DNA from: Candidatus Krumholzibacteriia bacterium
GTDB lineage: Bacteria > Krumholzibacteriota > Krumholzibacteriia > LZORAL124-64-63
Direction of reading: 5' to 3'
DNA: 64,000 bases
Assembly (NCBI GenBank): GCA_050174015.1
Contig: JBFXKG010000008.1
Span: 138,378-202,377 of the forward strand
Below the pieces are notes generated by a model. The model made no database searches and was not told where the DNA came from. It saw only the letters and a list, made by a program, of their open reading frames with translations. Positions 27,528 to 36,289 of this stretch are shown in pieces. A program made the position numbers and the translations under genes. Position 1 is the stretch's first letter. Each line of letters begins with the position of its first letter.

Positions 27528-30224
27528 TCAATCCGTGTAGGGGTTGGGTTTGCCGGGGTCGATCCCCAGATCATCGATGGCCTTGGCCGCCACCGTGGCC
27601 TTGATCCTGCCCTGGGTCGCCAGCTCCTGCAGCGCGGCCAGGGCGATGTAGCGCGCATCGACCTCGAAGAAGTCGCGCAGCTGCCGGCGGCCCTCGCTGC
27701 GCCCGAAACCGTCGGTGCCCAGGAAGTGGACCGGCCCGGGGAACCACTTGGCCACGCTCGCCGGCAGGACCTTCATGTAGTCCGAAGCGGCCACGAACAC
27801 GCCCTCCTCCCCGGCCAGCAGCGTGGTGAGGTAGGGTGAGCGGGCCTTCTTGCCGGGGTTCAGCAGGTTCCAGCGCTCGCACTCGACGGCGTCGCGATAC
27901 AGCTCCTTGTAGCTGGTCACGCTCCAGACGTCGGCGGCCACCCCGTAATCCTTCTCCAGGATGGCGGCGGCCTCGATCGCCTCGTTCATGATGGCCCCGC
28001 TGCCCAGCAGGTGGGCCTTCGGGGCGGCCTTGGCCTTGGCGCCCTTGAGGCCGCTGGACTGGAACCGGTACATCCCGCGCAGGATCCCCTCGCGGACGCC
28101 GGCGCGCTTGGGCATGGCCGGCATCCGGTAAGTCTCGTTGCCCACGGTCAGGTAGTAGATCCAGTCCTCCTGGTGGCAGTACATGCGCGTGATCCCGTCG
28201 TGGACGATCAACGCCAGCTCGTAGGCGAAGGCCGGATCGTAGGCCTTGATGGGAGTGGGGGGCAGGGCCAGGACGTGGCTGTGCCCGTCCTGGTGCTGCA
28301 GGCCCTCCCCGGCCAAGGTGGTGCGGCCGGCGGTGGCGCCGACCAAAAAGCCGCGGGCACGCGAATCGCAGGCCTGCCAGATCAGGTCGCCCACCCGCTG
28401 GAACCCGAACATGGAGTAGTAGGTATAGAACGGGATGGTGTTGACGCCGTTGTTGGAGTAGGCCGTCCCCGCGGCGACGAAGCTGGCCATGGACCCCGCC
28501 TCGCTGAGCCCTTCCTCCAGGATCGCCCCGGTCTTCTTCTCGTTGTAGAACAGCAGGCTGCCCTTGTCGACCGGCTCGTAGAGCTGGCCGGCGTGGCTGT
28601 AGATGCCCACCTGGCGGAACAGGGATTCCATCCCGAAGGTGCGGGCCTCGTCGGGTACGATGGGCACGATGAGCTTGCCGATCTCCTCGTCCCGCAGGAG
28701 CTTCGCCAGCAGGTGGACGTAGGCCATGGTCGTGGCCAGTTCCCGTTCGCCCGAGCCCTCGTAGTACTCCCGGAACAGCTCCTCGGTCTGGCAGGCCATG
28801 GGTTGGCTGCCGTCCACCCGCATGGGCAGGTGACCGCCCAGCTCCTCGCGGCGGGAGCGCAGGTAGACCATCTCGGGGCTGTCGTCCGCCGGCTTGTAGA
28901 ACGGGGCCTCGGCGATCTCGTCGTCGCTGACGGGGATGTTGAACCGCGTGCGGAACTCCTTCAGCTCGTCCTCGTTCAGCTTCTTCTGGGAATGGGTGAT
29001 GTTCTTGCCCTCGCCGGCCTCGCCCAGGCCGTAGCCCTTGATGGTCTGGGCCAGGATCACCGCGGGCGACCCCTTGTGCTCGACGGCGGCCTTGTAGGCC
29101 GCGTAGACCTTGACCGGATCGTGGCCGCCGCGGCGCAGCTTGGCGATCTGGTCGTCGCTGTACTGCTCGACCAGGGCCGCCAGTTCGGGGTGCTTGCCGA
29201 AGAAGTGTTCACGGACGAAGGCCCCGCTGCTGACGGTGTAGCGCTGCATCTCGCCGTCGAGGATCTCCTCCATCCGCTGCAGCAGCTTGCCGGAATCGTC
29301 CTTCTCCAGCAGGGTGTCCCAGTCGCCGCCCCAGATGACCTTGATCACGTTCCAGCCGGCGCCCCGGAAGGCGGCCTCGAGTTCCTGGATGATCTTGCCG
29401 TTGCCCCGCACCGGACCGTCCAGGCGCTGCAGGTTGCAGTTCACCACGAAGATCAGGTTGTCCAGCTTCTCGCGGCTGGCCAGGGTGATGGCGCCCAGGG
29501 ATTCGGGTTCGTCCATCTCCCCGTCACCCAGCATGGCCCAGACCTTGCGGCCGCTGGCCTGCCGCAGGCCGCGGTCGACCAGGTAGTGGTTGAAGCGGGC
29601 CTGGTAGATGGCCGAGATGGCTGCCAGGCCCATGGACACCGTGGGGAACTCCCAGAACCCGGGCATCAGGAAGGGATGCGGATAGCTGGACAGCCCTCCG
29701 CCGGGGGCCAGCTCGCGCCGGAAGTTCTGCAGGTCCTGCTCGGTCAGGCGTCCCTCCAGGAAGGCGCGGGCGTAGACGCCGGGCGAGGCGTGGCCCTGGA
29801 AGTAGATCTGGTCCCCGAGGAAATCCGGCGTCCGGCCCCGCCAGAAGTGGTTGAACCCGACCTCCCACAGGTTGGCCGCCGAGGCGTACGTGGAGATGTG
29901 CCCGCCGATGCCCGGCAGCTCCCGGTTGGCCCGCACCACCATGGCCATGGCGTTCCAGCGGATGATGGACTTGATCCGCCGCTCGAGCTCCCGGTTGCCG
30001 GGGAACACCGGTTGCTTGGCCCGGGGAATGGTGTTGATGTAGGGGGTGTTGGCGGTGAACGGAATGCTCACCCCGTGCTCCTGGGCGCGGGTCTGCAGCA
30101 GCCGCAGGATCTGCTGGACGCGCTCGGGACCCTGCCCTTCCAGGACGTAGTCCAGGGACTCCCGCCACTCCTGGTTCTCGATCTGCTCGAGCTGGGGATT
30201 CGACCGGGGATCCGGGTTGGCCAT
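27528..30224 (-). CDS. aceE: Pyruvate dehydrogenase E1, homodimeric type
   Basis: IRWNAMAMV, GGHIS, FQGHASPG, TPP motif GDGEMDEPES...NCNLQRLDGP, and GEGLQHQDG. Confidence 0.97.
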   Translation of the reverse strand: MANPDPRSNPQLEQIENQEWRESLDYVLEGQGPERVQQILRLLQTRAQEHGVSIPFTANTPYINTIPRAKQPVFPGNRELERRIKSIIRWNAMAMVVRANRELPGIGGHISTYASAANLWEVGFNHFWRGRTPDFLGDQIYFQGHASPGVYARAFLEGRLTEQDLQNFRRELAPGGGLSSYPHPFLMPGFWEFPTVSMGLAAISAIYQARFNHYLVDRGLRQASGRKVWAMLGDGEMDEPESLGAITLASREKLDNLIFVVNCNLQRLDGPVRGNGKIIQELEAAFRGAGWNVIKVIWGGDWDTLLEKDDSGKLLQRMEEILDGEMQRYTVSSGAFVREHFFGKHPELAALVEQYSDDQIAKLRRGGHDPVKVYAAYKAAVEHKGSPAVILAQTIKGYGLGEAGEGKNITHSQKKLNEDELKEFRTRFNIPVSDDEIAEAPFYKPADDSPEMVYLRSRREELGGHLPMRVDGSQPMACQTEELFREYYEGSGERELATTMAYVHLLAKLLRDEEIGKLIVPIVPDEARTFGMESLFRQVGIYSHAGQLYEPVDKGSLLFYNEKKTGAILEEGLSEAGSMASFVAAGTAYSNNGVNTIPFYTYYSMFGFQRVGDLIWQACDSRARGFLVGATAGRTTLAGEGLQHQDGHSHVLALPPTPIKAYDPAFAYELALIVHDGITRMYCHQEDWIYYLTVGNETYRMPAMPKRAGVREGILRGMYRFQSSGLKGAKAKAAPKAHLLGSGAIMNEAIEAAAILEKDYGVAADVWSVTSYKELYRDAVECERWNLLNPGKKARSPYLTTLLAGEEGVFVAASDYMKVLPASVAKWFPGPVHFLGTDGFGRSEGRRQLRDFFEVDARYIALAALQELATQGRIKATVAAKAIDDLGIDPGKPNPYTD

Positions 30225-30550
30225 GGCAACCGACTCCTATCGGGATGAAAGTGGTTATCTTTTTCGTTGCAAAGGATAAAACTTTTTGGTTGGAGGTCAA
30301 CCGCGGGCCGGATCAACCCCTCCGCCCATCTGCCGGGTCGTGGAGCGGGGCGGGATGCGATCATGAGCGCCGGGGCGGTCCTGATCTTGGGAACGGCTCG
30401 GGAATCGGCCCGGTCCCGGCGCACGTCCTGGCGGCGCGAAGCCCGGACGGCGGTTCGGAGACGGCTAGCCGGCGGGGGCGGTTTCGCTTAGAGTGTCCCC
30501 GATTTCCTGTTCCCCCTGCGCTGCCAACCCCCTTCCAGGAGAGACCGACG

Positions 30551-31924
30551 ATGCCGAGCTTGACCCGACAGATGGCCGATTTCGTCCTGAAGCTGCGTTA
30601 CGAGGACATTCCCGCTCCGGCCCTGAGGGAGGCCAAGCGGTTCCTGCTGGACAGCGTGGGCTGCGCGCTGGCCGCGGTCGACAATCCGGACATGGCCGCC
30701 ATGTACCGCTTCATCGGGAAGCTGGGGGGAACCCCCGAGGCGACCCTCATCGGCAGCGGACACCGGACCAGCGCCGCCAACGCGGCCCTCATGAACAGCC
30801 TGCTGGTCAGGGCCCTGGACTACAACGACATCTACTGGGAGCAGGATCCCAGCCATCCCTCGGACATCATCTTCGGAGCGGTGTCCCCCGCCGAGGCCCT
30901 GGGCCGCGACGGCCGGGAGGCTCTCGTCGCCATCGTCATCGCCTACGAGCTGGAGATGCGCTGGTGCCTGGCCTGCTTCCCCGGCGTGCGCGAGGTCGGC
31001 TGGCATCACGCCACCCTGACCCAGCTGGTCAGCCCCTTCGTGGCCGGCCGCATCTACGGCCTGGACGCCGACCAGCTGGTGGCCGCCGCCGGCATCAGCG
31101 GCAGCAGCCACTACACCCTGGGCGGGGTGGTCGCCGGACACCTGACCAACATGAAGAACACCGCCGATCCGCTGGCGACCCAGGCCGGGGTGCTCGCCGC
31201 GATGATGGCCCGCGAGGGGTACGAGGGGCCGGTGGAAGTCATCGAGGGCAAGGAGGGTTTCCAGCACGTGATCCACAACGTGGAGCTGAAACCCGAGATC
31301 CTGCTGGACGGCCTGGGGGAGAAGTTCCTGATCACCGAGTGCGGCTACAAGGCCTTCCCCACCGAGGCCCTCACCCACCAGCCCATGAGCGCCGTGCTGA
31401 TGGCCATGAAGAAGAACGGCCTGGTCGCCGAGGACCTGGCCTCCATCCACATCCAGACCACGACCCGAGGCGCGGACATCCTGAGCGATCCGAGCAAGTA
31501 CGATCCGCAGACCAAGGAGACGGCGGACCACAGCCTGCCCTACTGCCTGGCCGCCGCCGCGGCCGACGGCGGGGTCTATCCCGGCAGCTTCGAGCAGGAC
31601 AAGCTGTTCGATCCGCGCATCCGGGCCTTGCTGCCCAGGATCAAGGTCGTGGCCAATCCGGAGATCGACGCCATGTTCCCCGGCACCAAGCGCGCCATCG
31701 CCACCCTGACCACCCATGACGGCCGCACCTTCAGCGAGACCGTGGATCACGCCAAGGGCAGCCCCCGGAATCCGCTGAGCGACGAGGAGCTGATCGCGAA
31801 GTTCCGGGCCAATGCCGGCGGGGTGCTGGACCCGGGCCGGCAGGATGAGGTCATCGAGGCGACCCTGGGGTTCGAGGAGCGGAGCGACCTGGGCGGGTAC
31901 ATGCGGATGCTCACAGTGCGATGA
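30551..31924 (+). CDS. MmgE/PrpD family protein (2-methylcitrate dehydratase-like)
   Basis: RALDYNDIY...SHPSD, GWHH, ETADHSLPY and KGSPRNPLS; AGGAG RBS before the ATG at 30551. Confidence 0.9.
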   Translation: MPSLTRQMADFVLKLRYEDIPAPALREAKRFLLDSVGCALAAVDNPDMAAMYRFIGKLGGTPEATLIGSGHRTSAANAALMNSLLVRALDYNDIYWEQDPSHPSDIIFGAVSPAEALGRDGREALVAIVIAYELEMRWCLACFPGVREVGWHHATLTQLVSPFVAGRIYGLDADQLVAAAGISGSSHYTLGGVVAGHLTNMKNTADPLATQAGVLAAMMAREGYEGPVEVIEGKEGFQHVIHNVELKPEILLDGLGEKFLITECGYKAFPTEALTHQPMSAVLMAMKKNGLVAEDLASIHIQTTTRGADILSDPSKYDPQTKETADHSLPYCLAAAAADGGVYPGSFEQDKLFDPRIRALLPRIKVVANPEIDAMFPGTKRAIATLTTHDGRTFSETVDHAKGSPRNPLSDEELIAKFRANAGGVLDPGRQDEVIEATLGFEERSDLGGYMRMLTVR

Positions 31925-32171
31925 CCCAGACCGGGGGGCGTCCCCCGTGGGGGGCGCCCGTCCTTCAGGGTTCGCGGTGATTATGAATCATCATGTCGAT
32001 TTCCGGTGTTTGCGGGCCTGTTCTCGGTGGTTTGACAATTTTTTTGCCATGTAATGATGGCCAAGTGCATGAAGTATAGAATAATAAGATAAAAAACAAA
32101 CAATGATCGCAACTAAAAGTGATGAAATGACTTAATTTTTTTGAAATTTCCCTGGAAATCCTTGGGGTCCC

Positions 32172-32201
32172 TTGTGTCTGGAGGGAATTTCATGGTATAA
32201 T
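32172..32201 (+). promoter_or_regulatory. Candidate promoter for the first S8 protease gene, in an AT-rich intergenic region
   Basis: Extended -10 TGG-TATAAT (TATAAT at 32196-32201) with TTGTGT 18 bp upstream. Confidence 0.5.
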
Positions 32202-32296
32202 CACTCCCCGGATGAGGGGAAAAAATGCGTTCCACGGCCATGGTCGCCGCCCTCGCGGTATGCCGGCGATCCGGTCTCGTTCGTTGACCCAAGGAG

Positions 32297-35200
32297 ATGA
32301 TCATGAACCTGAGAGTCGCGTTCGCCCTGACGGTGACCCTGCTCCTCTTGCTGTTCGTCGGATGTTCCGAGGAACAGGTCACCCAGCCTGAAATCGGGTA
32401 CCTCGCCTCGGATTATCCCGATCCCGAAGTGTTGTCCCCGGAGGAGAACCTCGGCCGGATCCACAAGGCGGCCGACACGCCCATCACCGACAGGTTCATC
32501 GTGCAGTTCCGGCCGGACGTCGCGGACGCCTCCGCCCTCGTCGGTTCTCTGGCCGCCAAGTACGGCCTGTCGGTTCCCACCTATTACCAGTACGCCATCA
32601 AGGGATTCCCTGCGCGGATGTCCCCGGAAACCGCCGAGGCCCTGCGTGCCGAGGCCTCCGTGCTCGAGGTGACGCCGGACCAGTGGGTCAGCGCCGTCGC
32701 CCAGGAAATTCCCACCGGCGTGGACCGCATCGAAACCGAATTGAATCCCTTCGCCGCCATCGACGGCGTGCCCACCAACGTCGACGTCGACATCGCCATC
32801 GTGGACACGGGGCTGGACACCTCCCACCCCGCCCTGAACATCGCGGGCGGCCGGACCTTCCTGGGCGGCCTGTCCTTCTCCAATTTCATGGACGATAACG
32901 GCCACGGCACGCACGTGGCCGGCATCGCCGCCGCCCGGGACGATACCCTGGACGTGGTCGGAGTGGCGCCCGGGGCCCGGCTGTGGGGCGTCAAGGTCCT
33001 CAACGCCGGCGGCACCGGTCTGGTCTCCGACGTCATCCTGGGCCTCGACTGGATCCTGGCCCGGTCCACCACCATCGAGGTGGTGAACCTGAGTTTCGCC
33101 GCCGTCGGCTGGAACAATCCCCTGAACAACGCGATCAACAACTGTGTCGCCGCCGGCCTGGTGGTCGTTGCGGCCGCGGGCAACGAAGGGGTGGACATCT
33201 TCGGCGCCGACGGCACCATCGGCACAGCCGACGACGTCATCCCGGCTGCCTGCCCCGGCGCCGCCACCATCAGCGCCCTGGTGGACACCGACGGTCTTCC
33301 CGGCGGACTGGGGGCGGCCTCGACCTCCGGGCCGGACGACTCCTTCGCCGCTTTCAGCAACTTCAGCGCCAGCGCCTACATCGACAATCCCGTGATCTCG
33401 CCCGGCCAGGCCATCGACCTGATCCTGCCCGGCGTCGATATCAACTCGACCCGTCTGGGCGGCGGCACCATCCTCGCCAGCGGGACCAGCCAGGCGGCCC
33501 CGCATGCGGCCGGCCTGTTCGCGCTGTACATCGCCGAGAACGGTCGTCCGACCGATGCCGCGGGCGTCGCCGCCGCGCGTCAGGCCCTGATCGACAACGG
33601 TCCCGCCCAGGATTCCCCCTTGGGATTGGCCACGGCCAACGACCCCGACGGGAACCCCGAGAACCTCGGCTGGGCCGTGGAACCCCAGGTCCTGTCCGAC
33701 GTGGCCTTCCTGGAATTCTCCGCCCCGGCGACCGTCCTCCCGGGGGATACCCTGGACATGCGCGTCAGGATCGCCAACATCGGCAACGTCGACATCACGA
33801 CACCCTTCCAGGCCTGGATCGGCGTCCAGGGCACGTCCGTCGAACTGGCCCGCGCCACGGTGCCCGGGTTGCCCGCCGGGGCCTCGATGCTGCGCGTGAT
33901 CCACTTCAACGTCCCGGCCAAGGATCTTGCGGTCGCCGTGAATCCCGGGACCTACACCCTGTTCGTGACCCATGACTTCAGCGACCCGAACCCTGGCAAC
34001 GACCTGCTGACCACCGACGTGGAACTGCTGCCTCCGCCCGAGTTGGGGACCGTGGTCGTCAACCCCGACCCGGACGCGCTGAACGCCCCCTGGACCATCG
34101 ACAGTCCGCTGGGGACCTTCAACTTCAGCGGGGATCTCACCCGCGCCGACGTTCCGGTCGGTAATTACACGATCACCTGGGGCGACGTGGCCGGATGGGT
34201 CACTCCCGCACCCGAGACCCTGGCCCTGGCCCTGAACGACACCATCACCTTCAACGGGGTGTACACGGAGATCCCGACCACGGGCACCATCGTGATCAAC
34301 CCCGACCCCGATGCCCTGGGCGCCCCCTGGAGCCTCGAGGGTCCCGATGCGGCCATGTTCTCCGGAACCGGCGATTCGACCATGGTCGACATGCCGACCG
34401 GCGACTACACCGTCACCTGGGGTGAAGTCACCGGGTGGAACACCCCGGCAGGCGAGACCCTGACCCTGACCGGCGGCGGCACCACCACCTTCAACGGCCT
34501 CTACACCGAGATCGGCACGACCGGAACGGTCGTGGTCGACGCCGTCCCCAACGCCCTGAACGCGCCCTGGACCCTCACGGGTCCCACCGGGGTGCTCAAC
34601 GGCACCGGCGATCGGACCCGGACCGACATGCCCATCGGCGACTACACCATCGCCTGGGGCGAGGTCGCCGGCTGGATCGCCCCTGCGGGCGAAACCCTGA
34701 CCCTGGTGGCCGACGCGACCATCACCTTCCAGGGTGTCTACACGCAGATCCCGACGACCGGGACGATCGTGATCAACCCCGATCCCGATTTCCTGAACGC
34801 CCCCTGGACCGTGTCCGGTCCCGACACCACCTCGGGCACCGGTGACCAGACGCTGGTCGACATGCCCCAGGGCGAGTACACCATCGCCTGGGGCGCGGTC
34901 GCGGGCTATGACGCGCCCGCGGGCGAGACCCAGACGCTGGTCGCCGAGCAGACGATCACGTTCGCCGGGACGTACACCGAGTCCCTGGGCTCGATCACGG
35001 TCGACAGCAACCCGGACGGCATCGGGGCGACGTGGACGCTGACGGGTCCGGCCTCGTTCTCGTACAGCGGTGCGGGCGACGAGACGGTCCCGGACCTGGT
35101 GGCCGGGGATTACACGGTGACCTGGGCTGCGGTGGCGGGCTACACGACGCCGGTCGCTCAGACCAAGAGCCTGGCCGCGGGCGGTACGCAGACGTTCACC

Positions 35201-35977
35201 GGGACGTACGTGCGGATCCCGGTGGGCAGCGTGGTGATCGACGCGGAGCCGAACGACATCAACGCTCCGTGGGAGCTGAGCGGTCCCGGCGGATTGCAGA
35301 CCGGCAGGGGCGATGCGACGCTGAACGATCAGCCTGCGGGTAGCTACACGGTCACGTGGCTGGCGGTCGAGGGCTACGAGACGCCGGCGCCGGAGACGAA
35401 GAACGTGACGGACGGCGGTGTGGCGATCTTCCTGGGTCAGTACACCCCGGTGGGCAGCGGGGACTCGATCGGTTTCTGGTTCGACCAGGGCGCGTCGCAG
35501 AGCTGCGCGGAGGCGGCGTTCCTGGCGCACGTGCCGGCCTACCTCGTCTACAGCAATCCGTCGATCGGTGAGACGCGCGGGTTCGAGTGCGGGATTCAGT
35601 TCAGCGGCGGGGCGTCGTGGAACACCTCGATGAGCGTGAGTTTCCCGGTGCCGTCGACGAACGTCGGGGTGAACATTCCGATGGAAGGCACCTACAACTA
35701 CATCGTGGGGTTCGGCACGCCGTTGCCGACGACGGTGAACACGGTGGTGGCGACGCTGGACATCTTCTACCTGGACTTCTTCGCCTTCGACATCGATCTG
35801 GGCCCGTCGAACCCGTCGTCGAGTCCGAACGGCGTGCCGGTGGTGTTGCGGCCGGACTTCACCGAGATGGAGATCCAGGCGGGCAGCCCGACGGCGACGT
35901 TGGCGCAGACCGGCGGTTGCGGGGCCAAGACGGCGTCTGCCGACAGCTACGAGGGCGTCCGCAACCTGTTCAAATAG
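32297..35977 (+). CDS. Subtilisin (S8) protease lipoprotein 1: I9-like prodomain, S8 domain, CARDB-like domain, six PEGA-like repeats, C-terminal domain and tag
   Basis: Lipobox FVGC; triad motifs VDTG, HGTHVAG and GTSQAAPH; oxyanion AAGN; six ~78-aa repeats. Confidence 0.93.
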   Translation: MIMNLRVAFALTVTLLLLLFVGCSEEQVTQPEIGYLASDYPDPEVLSPEENLGRIHKAADTPITDRFIVQFRPDVADASALVGSLAAKYGLSVPTYYQYAIKGFPARMSPETAEALRAEASVLEVTPDQWVSAVAQEIPTGVDRIETELNPFAAIDGVPTNVDVDIAIVDTGLDTSHPALNIAGGRTFLGGLSFSNFMDDNGHGTHVAGIAAARDDTLDVVGVAPGARLWGVKVLNAGGTGLVSDVILGLDWILARSTTIEVVNLSFAAVGWNNPLNNAINNCVAAGLVVVAAAGNEGVDIFGADGTIGTADDVIPAACPGAATISALVDTDGLPGGLGAASTSGPDDSFAAFSNFSASAYIDNPVISPGQAIDLILPGVDINSTRLGGGTILASGTSQAAPHAAGLFALYIAENGRPTDAAGVAAARQALIDNGPAQDSPLGLATANDPDGNPENLGWAVEPQVLSDVAFLEFSAPATVLPGDTLDMRVRIANIGNVDITTPFQAWIGVQGTSVELARATVPGLPAGASMLRVIHFNVPAKDLAVAVNPGTYTLFVTHDFSDPNPGNDLLTTDVELLPPPELGTVVVNPDPDALNAPWTIDSPLGTFNFSGDLTRADVPVGNYTITWGDVAGWVTPAPETLALALNDTITFNGVYTEIPTTGTIVINPDPDALGAPWSLEGPDAAMFSGTGDSTMVDMPTGDYTVTWGEVTGWNTPAGETLTLTGGGTTTFNGLYTEIGTTGTVVVDAVPNALNAPWTLTGPTGVLNGTGDRTRTDMPIGDYTIAWGEVAGWIAPAGETLTLVADATITFQGVYTQIPTTGTIVINPDPDFLNAPWTVSGPDTTSGTGDQTLVDMPQGEYTIAWGAVAGYDAPAGETQTLVAEQTITFAGTYTESLGSITVDSNPDGIGATWTLTGPASFSYSGAGDETVPDLVAGDYTVTWAAVAGYTTPVAQTKSLAAGGTQTFTGTYVRIPVGSVVIDAEPNDINAPWELSGPGGLQTGRGDATLNDQPAGSYTVTWLAVEGYETPAPETKNVTDGGVAIFLGQYTPVGSGDSIGFWFDQGASQSCAEAAFLAHVPAYLVYSNPSIGETRGFECGIQFSGGASWNTSMSVSFPVPSTNVGVNIPMEGTYNYIVGFGTPLPTTVNTVVATLDIFYLDFFAFDIDLGPSNPSSSPNGVPVVLRPDFTEMEIQAGSPTATLAQTGGCGAKTASADSYEGVRNLFK

Positions 35978-36031
35978 TTCGACATCATCGATCCTGCGAG
36001 GACGGGGCCCGGCGTTCGCCGGGCCCCGTTT
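34519..36031 (+). repeat. Copy 1 of a ~1.5-kb near-identical direct repeat
   Basis: Matches 38506..40018 at offset 3987. Only two synonymous differences seen (34579, 34591). Alternative-frame ORFs in the track are identical at the same offset. Confidence 0.95.
36002..36031 (+). terminator. Intrinsic terminator after protease 1
   Basis: ACGGGGCCCGGCG-tt-CGCCGGGCCCCGT followed by a short T run. Confidence 0.8.
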
Positions 36032-36289
36032 CCTTGCGCGGGGGGAGGCCTTGGCTTCCAATGGGAAATCTCTCTTCAAAATGGTCAATTGTGTGAAAAT
36101 TATGCGGAATAACATTTTGGCCGTTTACAGGATCCTCTTCATCAAGTATGCTCCCACCTCCCAAGACAATAATGGATTTCAAAACCCGGCTGGAAATCGC
36201 TCCCTGATCGTCTGGATCCCCCGGATTGCCATGCAGTCTGCGGGATCTTGAAGTTCGAATCCGATGACCCAAGAATCGAGGTACAGGTC

